From: a virus
Reading direction: 5' to 3' (one strand)
Virus record (IMG/VR): IMGVR_UViG_3300036772_000367
Location: 1 to 64,000 of that record
DNA: 64,000 bases
This document shows positions 23,743-31,750 of the stretch, piece by piece. The notes below the pieces were generated by a model. It was not told the origin of the DNA and did not search any database. It was given only the letters and a program-made list of their open reading frames with translations. The position numbers and the translations under genes were made by a program. Each line of letters opens with the position of its first letter. Positions within the stretch are counted from its first letter, which is position 1.

Positions 23743-23761
23743 ATGGTCATGGAGTTGTCAG
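23743..23761 (+). repeat. right arm of 19-bp inverted repeat
   Basis: ATGGTCATGGAGTTGTCAG, 14 nt after the last tRNA of the main cluster. Confidence 0.9.
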
Positions 23762-23868
23762 TCGATCGTGCCCAGTATTGAACTTGGTGTGAAATATGGT
23801 AACCATCTGTCGAGCTGCACCCATCTTCCCCCCAGGGGAATACTGAGACGATTCTTCAGGAAACTATC

Positions 23869-24219
23869 ATGCGTGAGCGTATTTTGTCAGTAAGCATCAA
23901 GGACTGCGAAGTTCAGCATTTCCGTTCCGGTGGCAAGGGTGGTCAAAATCAAAACTGCCGCGACACCGGTACGCGCGTCATCCACCATGAGTCTGGCGCG
24001 CGAGGCGAGTCCCGCGAAGAGCGGTCCCAGCTCCAGAACGAGCGCACCGCTTTCCTGCGGATGGTGGAGTCGGTGGCCTTCAAGCGCTGGATGGGCCTGA
24101 AGTTGCTGGAGGGGCCGTCGCCCGAGGAGCGCGTACGCCAGGAGATGAAGCCAGAGAACATCCGGACCGAGGTTCGTCGAGATGGAGTCTGGATGGAAGT
24201 GAAGGAAGTTCATAGCTAG
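23869..24219 (+). CDS. RF-1 domain peptidyl-tRNA hydrolase (ArfB/YaeJ-like)
   Basis: FRSGGKGGQNQN...RVIH...ERSQLQN. Confidence 0.88.
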   Translation: MRERILSVSIKDCEVQHFRSGGKGGQNQNCRDTGTRVIHHESGARGESREERSQLQNERTAFLRMVESVAFKRWMGLKLLEGPSPEERVRQEMKPENIRTEVRRDGVWMEVKEVHS

Positions 24220-24224
24220 AAAGC

Positions 24225-24253
24225 TTGCTACACACCTCTGGTTTTGCTAAGCT
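24225..24253 (+). promoter_or_regulatory. early-type promoter
   Basis: TTGCTA-N17-TAAGCT with TG extension. Confidence 0.7.
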
Positions 24254-24288
24254 GACGTTGTCAGGCCAGCAGCACACTGGAGGTCCCC

Positions 24289-25170
24289 ATGACTGAGAAC
24301 ATCACCGACGTCACCCTGAAGATCACGCTCGGTCGGATCGAGCCGTCTGTCATCGACGTCGAGATCCGCACGGTCAACGACAAGTTGGCCCAGGTCAGCC
24401 ACCGCATCTCCAGCCTGTCCTCGGTCTTGGACCGGTTGCAGGACGAAGACACCCGTGCCCAGTACCAGGCCGACTTGCTCCAGGCGATCGATCGGCAGGC
24501 CGAGTTGTTCACCTCGCGTCGGCCGCTGAACGACGAGTTCGTCGACCGGGGTGGCTGGACCCGCTACTGGATCGTCACTAACGGCAACGGTCACGTGCAC
24601 CGGTCCCAGAGCTGTTCGACCTGCCGACCGACCACCGACTTCTACTGGCTGGCCGAGCTGTCCGGCATGACTCACACCAAGCTGGTGGAGTTATCCGGCG
24701 AGCGTGCCTGCACCGTGTGCTTCCCCAGTGCCCCCGTGGAGGCCCGCAACCGGCCGACGAGCATCTTTACCCCGGCCGAGCTGGAGCGCCAGGAGCGCAC
24801 CGCCGAGCGCGAGCGCAAGGCCCTGCTCAAGAAGGCCAAGGAGATCACCACGCCGAATGGCCAGCCGCTGCGAGACTCCCTGGGTCTGATCATCAAGACC
24901 GAGGTCACCGCCCAACGCGAGTACATCCAGTCGGCGGCCGAGGCGATCGTGTGGGATCCGGCCAACGGCGAAGGTCCCTACGGTAAGCGCCCTGAGCACG
25001 TCCCTGCGGATGAGTGGACGAATCGACAGCAGAGGACTGCCGAGGAGGCAGGGGATCACGCTCAGCGGCTCGTGGAGGCTCTGGCGGCCAAGCGGAGGAC
25101 CACGGTGCACGAGCAGCGCGCCGCGCTGGAGCCCAAGGTCCGCGCCTACATCAAGAAGAACTTCAGCTAA
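24289..25170 (+). CDS. Zn-binding phage protein
   Basis: GGWTRY...GHVH...CSTC...ACTVCFPSAP; CACTGGAGGTC RBS. Confidence 0.75.
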   Translation: MTENITDVTLKITLGRIEPSVIDVEIRTVNDKLAQVSHRISSLSSVLDRLQDEDTRAQYQADLLQAIDRQAELFTSRRPLNDEFVDRGGWTRYWIVTNGNGHVHRSQSCSTCRPTTDFYWLAELSGMTHTKLVELSGERACTVCFPSAPVEARNRPTSIFTPAELERQERTAERERKALLKKAKEITTPNGQPLRDSLGLIIKTEVTAQREYIQSAAEAIVWDPANGEGPYGKRPEHVPADEWTNRQQRTAEEAGDHAQRLVEALAAKRRTTVHEQRAALEPKVRAYIKKNFS

Positions 25171-25185
25171 CGAACTGAAATTCTC

Positions 25186-25243
25186 ATATACCGAAGACTT
25201 CGTAGCAAGAAAACTTGCTACGGAGTCTTCGGTATGTCATGAT
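25186..25243 (+). promoter_or_regulatory. terminator hairpin fused with promoter
   Basis: 22-bp IR 25188-25209/25214-25235; TTGCTA(25215)-N17-CATGAT. Confidence 0.72.
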
Positions 25244-25279
25244 GGTCTTATCAACAAGACAGCACCACCGGAGGTCATC

Positions 25280-25603
25280 ATGGCAAGCATCCGCTGCGGC
25301 AAGTGCAAGAAGACCCACCACTCCGTCGAGGTCGTGAAGTTCTGCTACGCCGGCCAGGTCTTTCCCTGCGACTGGCTGGTTCGGGCCGGGTATGACGAGG
25401 ACGGTCAGCAGATCATCCTGGAATGCGGCGCTGACGCGGTCGTCACCGGCCGGGGCTTCCAATGCGAGGCAGGCCACGAGCACGTCACCGCCGAGGCCCG
25501 CACCGAGGAGGGCTGGGAATACGCCGAGGACCGCGCCGAGGCCCTGGGGCTGGTCAAGGCTGGCGTGCACCCGGTGCAGATGGATGGCCACGAGTTCGTC
25601 TGA
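25280..25603 (+). CDS. Zn-binding hypothetical protein
   Basis: CGKCKKTH...C; CACCGGAGGTCATCATG. Confidence 0.7.
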   Translation: MASIRCGKCKKTHHSVEVVKFCYAGQVFPCDWLVRAGYDEDGQQIILECGADAVVTGRGFQCEAGHEHVTAEARTEEGWEYAEDRAEALGLVKAGVHPVQMDGHEFV

Positions 25604-25610
25604 TCTCATC

Positions 25611-25664
25611 AACAGAGAGTCCGTAGCAAGAATCATTGCTACGGACTCTCTGTTTTGCTACACT
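25611..25664 (+). promoter_or_regulatory. terminator hairpin fused with promoter
   Basis: 19-bp IR 25611-25629/25636-25654 plus T tract; TTGCTA-N17-TACACT. Confidence 0.78.
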
Positions 25665-25697
25665 GAACGGGTAAGCCAAGCCGCACCGGAGGTCATC

Positions 25698-26090
25698 ATG
25701 CAAGCAGCTGAATTCCTGGCCACGTACGACGACATCACGATCGAACTCACCCACGTCCGCGACTACACCGAGCGGATGGACGGCTACTCGATATCGCGCC
25801 GTGAGTGGCTAGGCATGCTGAGCGGGCCGGACGGGGACATCACGTTCTCGTACTTCACCGGAATCCAGGAGAACGACCCAGACACCCTGTTCGCGCTCTA
25901 CAGCATCGCGTCCGACTGCGCGGCTGGGTCGCAGCCGCTGGAGGACTTCCTGGACGAGTACGGCACCGACCACGTCAAAGAGCAGATCGCGACGTGGCGC
26001 GCGTGTGAGGAATCGGCTCAGCGGTTCCGTGAGTGGATGGACAACCCTGCCATGTGGGACGACTTCCTCACCATCGAACCCAACGACTGA
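25698..26090 (+). CDS. acidic hypothetical protein
   Basis: CCGCACCGGAGGTCATCATG. Confidence 0.72.
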   Translation: MQAAEFLATYDDITIELTHVRDYTERMDGYSISRREWLGMLSGPDGDITFSYFTGIQENDPDTLFALYSIASDCAAGSQPLEDFLDEYGTDHVKEQIATWRACEESAQRFREWMDNPAMWDDFLTIEPND

Positions 26091-26107
26091 TCGCACTGGA
26101 GATCATC

Positions 26108-26413
26108 ATGGAATCGCAGATCGTCAAGATGACGCCGAGCCTGGCACACGCACTGCTGGCCGCCAGTCCCCGCGCTGTGAGGAGAGTCAGCCGTCACTTC
26201 GTGGCATCGATGGCCGACTGCATGTCTGACGCGAGGTGGTCAGAAGGATCTTTGCCACCCGAGATCGTTCTCAACGAGGAGGGGATCCTGCTAGATGGTC
26301 GACAGGTACTGATGGCCGTGACCATGGCGAAGAAGACCATCTCGGTGGAACTGATCTCGGGTGCTTCGAACCCCGATTGGATCGCGGAGACCGCGCTGCG
26401 CATCGACAAGTGA
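26108..26413 (+). CDS. short ParB-like protein, paralog of 11100-11939
   Basis: MTPSLAHALL...LLDGRQVLMAV. Confidence 0.6.
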   Translation: MESQIVKMTPSLAHALLAASPRAVRRVSRHFVASMADCMSDARWSEGSLPPEIVLNEEGILLDGRQVLMAVTMAKKTISVELISGASNPDWIAETALRIDK

Positions 26414-26428
26414 ATCCCGGCGAGAACA

Positions 26429-26479
26429 TCGGACCATGTAGCAGGCAAACTTGCTACATGGTCCGACTTCTGGCAAGAT
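26429..26479 (+). promoter_or_regulatory. hairpin fused with promoter
   Basis: 15-bp IR 26429-26443/26452-26466; TTGCTA-N17-CAAGAT. Confidence 0.7.
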
Positions 26480-26514
26480 GAGTTCTGTCAGATCAGACCG
26501 CACCGGAGGTCACC

Positions 26515-26748
26515 ATGGGACAACCCACGCCAGGCCAGCTCGTCGAGTTGCGCTGGATCGCCGAGTTTGGCTCCACACGCTCCACCCGCCAGCTCAATGT
26601 AGTGGTCCAGCACGGCTGGGCCGAGCGTGTGGAGGGCCAGGGACGCTACGGCGCCCGCCTCACCGATCTGGGGGAGGCACTGATCCAGGCGACCCCTCGG
26701 GCGGCACCTCTGGCTCGGCCGGATAACATCTTTGCCTTGTTCGACTGA
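26515..26748 (+). CDS. small winged-helix-like protein
   Basis: HGWAE...RLTDLGEAL; start-associated motif. Confidence 0.6.
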   Translation: MGQPTPGQLVELRWIAEFGSTRSTRQLNVVVQHGWAERVEGQGRYGARLTDLGEALIQATPRAAPLARPDNIFALFD

Positions 26749-26772
26749 CCAAGAAGGAGTACAGCGAGCCAG

Positions 26773-26928
26773 ATGGCAAAGAAAGAATCCCATACCTGCA
26801 TACCTGTCGTTAGATGGATCTGGGATCCAACGAAGCGACGAGGTAAAGGTGCATGGGTGAGCCCATGTAAAACGTGTGGACTTCCGCTGACTCATCCCAA
26901 CAAATCAGTAAAGGATGATCCCAATTAA
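26773..26928 (+). CDS. 51-aa basic protein (not in ORF track)
   Basis: AAGGAG upstream; MAKKESHTC...CKTC. Confidence 0.5.
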   Translation: MAKKESHTCIPVVRWIWDPTKRRGKGAWVSPCKTCGLPLTHPNKSVKDDPN

Positions 26929-27068
26929 TGGCCGATAAATACACTATCGTTCGTGATGGTAAGAAGTGGCAGATCGTTGATGTGAAAAGTGGTGTTCCAG
27001 CTAAAAGAAATCTGAGTAAAGGTGCAGCAATAGATCAATGTAAAACACTCAACGATCAGGCGAAGTAG
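26928..27068 (+). CDS. 46-aa basic protein (not in ORF track)
   Basis: TAATG coupling; MADKYTIVRDGKKWQIVD. Confidence 0.55.
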   Translation: MADKYTIVRDGKKWQIVDVKSGVPAKRNLSKGAAIDQCKTLNDQAK

Positions 27069-27074
27069 AGGATC

Positions 27075-27278
27075 ATGGGTATCTGGGGCAACCGTAACAA
27101 ACCCCCCATGAAGGGGGAGGGGACAATGAAATACAAAAATGCCCGCAAACTTACGAGCGTGCCGGAAGAGCCGGAGTGCAAGAAAAAAGAATGCCACAGT
27201 GCCGCAGGTGGCCATCGATTCAAACAGTCCGGTGCCGAACACTACTGCAAGAAGCACGCCCACCCGGGCAACCGCTGA
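27075..27278 (+). CDS. small Cys/His protein
   Basis: CKKKEC...YCKKH; alternative start 27126. Confidence 0.5.
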   Translation: MGIWGNRNKPPMKGEGTMKYKNARKLTSVPEEPECKKKECHSAAGGHRFKQSGAEHYCKKHAHPGNR

Positions 27279-27458
27279 TGATCAAGGGGGAGATCAAAAG
27301 GCAGTAACAATCGCAGAGCGGCGCAGCAGTGGACAGCCGATAAAACATGGGCAAGCACTGAAGTAAACAGAAGAATCCTCTTGATCCCCCGTCTGGCGCA
27401 GGTCCCCCCACTGGTACCCTGTGTCACACCGGCACCATGCCACCGGAGATGGCCGGTT

Positions 27459-27803
27459 ATGTCAGCCCCTACCCGTTTAACCAGCGGGCGGCCTGACGTG
27501 CCGTGGTGCGTGTTCCTGCCACGAAAGATCATCATCATGGTTGTTCCTACCCGGACCCTCGGAGTCACCCTCGTCGTCATCCTCTGCGCCCTGGCGCAGT
27601 GGGTGCTCACCGCGCCACCCGTGTTCGACCCCTCGTCCTACCGAGCGGGTGTCGAGTACATGCGATCCCAACCACCAGCGTTGCGTGATGCGACACTGAC
27701 CGACTGCAAGATCTATGCCGCCGACGGTATGGCGGAGGCACACGGTTACTCCTGGCCCAGTTTCGTAGGGGGATGTTATGAAGTTGCTCTCAACGGCGAA
27801 TGA
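27459..27803 (+). CDS. membrane-anchored protein
   Basis: TM helix; CACCGGAG RBS. Confidence 0.55.
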   Translation: MSAPTRLTSGRPDVPWCVFLPRKIIIMVVPTRTLGVTLVVILCALAQWVLTAPPVFDPSSYRAGVEYMRSQPPALRDATLTDCKIYAADGMAEAHGYSWPSFVGGCYEVALNGE

Positions 27804-27804
27804 A

Positions 27805-28200
27805 ATGAGCATGAATGGAATGTGGCTATTCTTCCTCATTCTGGTCGCTGCTGTTTTGATCCTCGTGTTGTGGCAGGTCCGTCAGAATCGCCGCCACGCT
27901 CGGCAGCTCCGCGAGCTGTACGACATGGTGGGTACCCTCCGGGAGTGGTGCGGCGCCCAGGGTGAGAATGTGGAGTTCCTGAAGACGCGCTTGCCCTTCG
28001 CTCCGGTGGGCTTGCCCAACGCGGCACACACACCTGCTGTCGAGCGAGCTACTCAGATCATGATGGCTGCCGGCGTCGGGTATCCCCGAGCCTACGAGTT
28101 GATCTACAAGACCGTTCACCGAGGCGATGATCCGGAAGCCTTCGCTACGACCTACGCGGGCTTCACGAGAGGAAAGAATGTTCATGCCTCCATCCATTGA
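27805..28200 (+). CDS. membrane-anchored protein
   Basis: N-terminal TM helix. Confidence 0.6.
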   Translation: MSMNGMWLFFLILVAAVLILVLWQVRQNRRHARQLRELYDMVGTLREWCGAQGENVEFLKTRLPFAPVGLPNAAHTPAVERATQIMMAAGVGYPRAYELIYKTVHRGDDPEAFATTYAGFTRGKNVHASIH

Positions 28201-28999
28201 AATCCTCCCTCCGAGGAAGATCGCCTTCGCCGGAGATTGGCATGGCAACATCTCTTATGGTCGTCGCGCGATCTCCTATGCCATCGATCAGGGTGCCGAC
28301 GTTATTCTTCACCTCGGCGACTTCGGGATCATGGGTTTCTTCCAGCGGTATCTGGATGGTTTGACCGACATCCTGACATATGGCAACCTCAACCTATATT
28401 TTCTCGACGGCAACCACGAGGACCATCCACGGCTCGCCGAGATGCCTTACATCGAGGACGGTACGCAACCATTCACCGAGCGGATCTTTCACTTGCCTCG
28501 GGGTTACCGGTGGCAGTGGGACGGCGTGCGGTTCCTGGCGCTGGGCGGTGCGCACTCAGTCGACCGCCAGCTCCGGACGCCGGGAATGAATTGGTGGCCG
28601 GAGGAACTGGTGACCGGATCCCAGGCCATGGCCGCCATCCAGGGTGGTAGGACCGATGTCATGCTCACGCACGACGCGCCGGCAGGCTGGGTGATCCCCG
28701 ATCTGGAGAGTGAGGATTACTGGCCTCCTGAGGAGATCCGCACCGCGAACCAGCATCGCAGCGTATTGGCGGCGGTCGCGGAGATCGTGCAGCCCACCTG
28801 GTTGTTTCATGGTCATTATCACGTGCGATACACCCTTACTAATGCTCTGGTGGGCAATGATGGAAAGTTGGGTGAGCGGTACGTCATTCCCCACGTCGAG
28901 GGATTGGCCCTTGATGGCAGTTCTTTCGCCGACAATGTTGTAGTGAAGACATTGGACGAACTCAAAGAAGGAATAAGAAGTGAAGGCGCACAAGCATAA
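28178..28999 (+). CDS. calcineurin-like metallophosphoesterase
   Basis: GDWHG, LGDFG, GNHE, THDAP, HGHYH. Confidence 0.92.
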   Translation: MFMPPSIEILPPRKIAFAGDWHGNISYGRRAISYAIDQGADVILHLGDFGIMGFFQRYLDGLTDILTYGNLNLYFLDGNHEDHPRLAEMPYIEDGTQPFTERIFHLPRGYRWQWDGVRFLALGGAHSVDRQLRTPGMNWWPEELVTGSQAMAAIQGGRTDVMLTHDAPAGWVIPDLESEDYWPPEEIRTANQHRSVLAAVAEIVQPTWLFHGHYHVRYTLTNALVGNDGKLGERYVIPHVEGLALDGSSFADNVVVKTLDELKEGIRSEGAQA

Positions 29000-29153
29000 G
29001 ACACGCAGTCAGCCTGTATTCATCAATCCGAAGAAGGGATGGGTGGCGACGTGTGAAATCTGTCTTCGGCAATTCTCTGCACCTACCAGAGAAAAGCTGA
29101 AGGATAAAATCCAATTCGGAGTCAGTACCCTCAACGAAGACTGAGCAGGAGAG

Positions 29154-29792
29154 ATGGCTGAGGAGAAGTCCAAGACCATTCAGCTGGTAGCCAGCAGTGT
29201 GGCGGCGGTTGCGGCGGCTTTCGTCGGTTCCCGGCTCGGTGTAGTTGGTACTGCCATGGGAGCCGGGCTCGGCAGTGCAGTCACCATGGGTGTCTCCTCT
29301 CTCACGGAGGGCGGTCTCTCACGCACCAGCGTGAAGCTGCGCCGTCGCCTCACTGCCCACGAGAAGGCCGAGGACGCTCCCACCGTCCTGATCCGGCCGG
29401 TGCTGACAACTAAGCGGCGACCCTTTCCGATGAAATGGGCGATCATCGGTGCGGCCTCGGCCTTCGTGGTCGCGATGGGTCTCCTGACAGTGGTTGAACT
29501 CGGGCTGGGGCGACCGGTCTCCGGCGGCAACGAGGGCACCACGCTCACGGGCTTGGTGGGAGGCGCCACGTCGCATTACACGGCTCCGGTGACCTCTACC
29601 GAGACTCTCGTGCCCACGACCAGTGTCGAGCCCTCCACGAGCCTCTCAGGGTCATCGAGCACTCTCAGTAGTTCTCCTACTACATCCAGTAGTTTGGAAA
29701 CAACGGCGCCTACTTCGTTGTTGTCCACTACGGTGACCACGTCGGCCCCGCCGACCAGCACCACTCCGCCGCTCATGCCGAGCGCGCGGTAG
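29154..29792 (+). CDS. membrane protein with Ser/Thr-rich tail
   Basis: three hydrophobic segments; S/T/P-rich C-terminus. Confidence 0.75.
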   Translation: MAEEKSKTIQLVASSVAAVAAAFVGSRLGVVGTAMGAGLGSAVTMGVSSLTEGGLSRTSVKLRRRLTAHEKAEDAPTVLIRPVLTTKRRPFPMKWAIIGAASAFVVAMGLLTVVELGLGRPVSGGNEGTTLTGLVGGATSHYTAPVTSTETLVPTTSVEPSTSLSGSSSTLSSSPTTSSSLETTAPTSLLSTTVTTSAPPTSTTPPLMPSAR

Positions 29793-29815
29793 TCCCCGCA
29801 CCGGAGGGAAGTCTC

Positions 29816-30088
29816 ATGGCACGTCTGCCCAGTGACCGCTACTTGATCCAACAGATCGACGGAGAGGTCGTCCTCTTCGAGGAGGGCACCGAGGCGGAGA
29901 TCGTCCGCTTCGATCCCCGGAACGCCGATGACGTCGCGAAGTCCCAAAAGATCATCTATGACTCTGCCCTAGGCGACGAAGACAAATGCTTCGCGCACTT
30001 CTGGGCCGGTTACTTCTACGCCCACGCGAGCATGGGTGCCGATGAGTCGATCGAGGTGGTGAAAAGTGAGCCTCCGACCACCTCGTGA
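29816..30088 (+). CDS. hypothetical protein
   Basis: CCGCACCGGAGG RBS. Confidence 0.65.
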   Translation: MARLPSDRYLIQQIDGEVVLFEEGTEAEIVRFDPRNADDVAKSQKIIYDSALGDEDKCFAHFWAGYFYAHASMGADESIEVVKSEPPTTS

Positions 30089-30701
30089 TTTCTTCACCGC
30101 AGACCTTCACCTGAACCACAAGGCGCCGGTCGAGAAAGGCTGGAGAAGATTCGATTCAGTGAAGGATATGAACGAATGTATTATCAGTCGGTGGAACGAG
30201 ACGGTCTCTCCGGGCGACCGAGTATGGATCCTGGGGGATGTGTTTCTGGGCAACGAAGCCGAGGGACTGGCCTTGGTACAACAGCTCCAGGGCGAGAAGC
30301 ACCTGATCGCGGGCAACCACGACAGGGTGTGGTCGGGCAATCGCGACGGCTTCAAACATTTCCGCAAATGGTTGGGGTCCTTCGAGACGATCCAGTCGTT
30401 CGCCCGGCGTCGGATCGCGGACCAGACCGTGCTTCTATCTCACTTCCCCTTCCAGGGAGCGGGCGACCATACGGAGACCGAGCGCTACAGCCGGTACCGG
30501 TTCCCGGACGACGGCTCGTATCTGATTCACGGCCACGTCCACGAGGCGTGGAAGCAGCGTGGCCGCAGGATGCTCAACGTGGGCATGGACATGTGGGGGT
30601 TCCAGCCAGTTTCCATGGAGATCATCACGATGTGGGTCGACGGCAAGATCAGCTTCGGAGCCGACCCCGAGTTTTTGAACGTCGGTTCCGCGATCGCATA
30701 G
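30066..30701 (+). CDS. calcineurin-like metallophosphoesterase
   Basis: ADLHLNH, LGD, GNHD, SHFP, HGHVH. Confidence 0.92.
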   Translation: MSLRPPRDFFTADLHLNHKAPVEKGWRRFDSVKDMNECIISRWNETVSPGDRVWILGDVFLGNEAEGLALVQQLQGEKHLIAGNHDRVWSGNRDGFKHFRKWLGSFETIQSFARRRIADQTVLLSHFPFQGAGDHTETERYSRYRFPDDGSYLIHGHVHEAWKQRGRRMLNVGMDMWGFQPVSMEIITMWVDGKISFGADPEFLNVGSAIA

Positions 30702-30919
30702 CCTTCGCAGGTTGGTACTCGATGAGCTTCTTCGTAGTAGGACGATGGCATGATGCCGTCGTAGACCGTCTTGTCGTCCTCGCTCAACGACACGGTTGGG
30801 CGGGTGCGGTCCGTAGCTCTCTGCGGACATAGTATTTAGATGTCCGTGTGTTTCAGGGTTGCCAACCATGGCACGACACGCTAGTGTCGTAGGTGTCGGT
30901 CCTTCGGGACCGGCACCAG

Positions 30920-30991
30920 AGGTCCGTAGTTCAACGGAAGAACAGCCGCCTCCAAAGCGGTACGTTGCAGGTTCAAATCCTGCCGGATCTG
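30920..30991 (+). tRNA. tRNA-Trp(CCA)
   Basis: cloverleaf. Confidence 0.92.
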
Positions 30992-31250
30992 CAAGTCGTC
31001 GGTGCGAGGTAGCGGAGTGGCTCTCGGGTCACACACCTCCGACCACGGCGGCGGGAGAGGAACCGGTGATAGCCTCTGTCCCCCTGGGGATATGCTGCCC
31101 ATCCTTGTTTGACCGTCGCTCAGGAACCCTCGCGTCAAACGTCGGTGTGGGGTAGGGCCTGAGCAAAGCTCAGGTCTCCGGCCACGGTCGGTGTCCTCGG
31201 AAGAGTATCCGTGTTCTTCCGAGGACACCGAGCAGAGAACCCCCACGTAA

Positions 31251-31322
31251 TGGCTTGTAGCTCAATGGCAGAGCACGGTGCTGTTAACACCTTGGTTGGA
31301 GGTTCGAGTCCTCTCAGGCCAG
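31251..31322 (+). tRNA. tRNA-Asn(GTT)
   Basis: cloverleaf. Confidence 0.92.
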
Positions 31323-31403
31323 CTCTCCCTTCTGTGGACCTGGGTGGGAGAACGCCGATCGAGGGTTCCAGCGAGTTGCAGAACTCGCCTCGATCGGCAC
31401 CAT

Positions 31404-31477
31404 GGCTGTGTAGCTCAGATGGTTAGAGCGCCGCCCTGTCACGGCGGAGGCCGGGGGTTCGAATCCCCTCACAGTCG
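31404..31477 (+). tRNA. tRNA-Asp(GTC)
   Basis: cloverleaf, G73. Confidence 0.93.
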
Positions 31478-31613
31478 CGTTACAGCCCTACCGTGCGTAG
31501 GTCGCGTGCAAGCCTTTCGCAGTGCCCACAGACTTCGGTCGCCGGGACAGAATGGAGCTACACCGACGAGGGGCAGGACTGCATCTCGAATACGGCGGGA
31601 TCAGTCATTTTTT

Positions 31614-31685
31614 GCTCTGGTAGCTCAGTGGTAGAGCACCCGGTTGTCAGCCGGAAGGTCGCGAGTTCAATCCTCGTCTGGAGCG
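31614..31685 (+). tRNA. tRNA-Asp(GTC), second divergent copy
   Basis: cloverleaf, loop TTGTCAG, G73. Confidence 0.88.
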
Positions 31686-31750
31686 CCCTATCACTTTTCC
31701 CCGCCACACTTACGTGGCACACTCATCACCTCTACCAGCAAGGGACGTAC

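Noticed and set aside
12706-23893. Many ORF-track entries across the tRNA cluster (e.g. 13552, 14074, 14756, 15338, 16329, 17322 N-terminus, 23657)
   Set aside because: They overlap clear tRNA cloverleaves or structured spacers and lack RBS and codon bias
7970-26466. Divergent antisense promoters from the left arms of the TTGCTA palindromes
   Set aside because: Minus-strand -10 positions do not fit TANNNT (best is GAGAAT near 25180)
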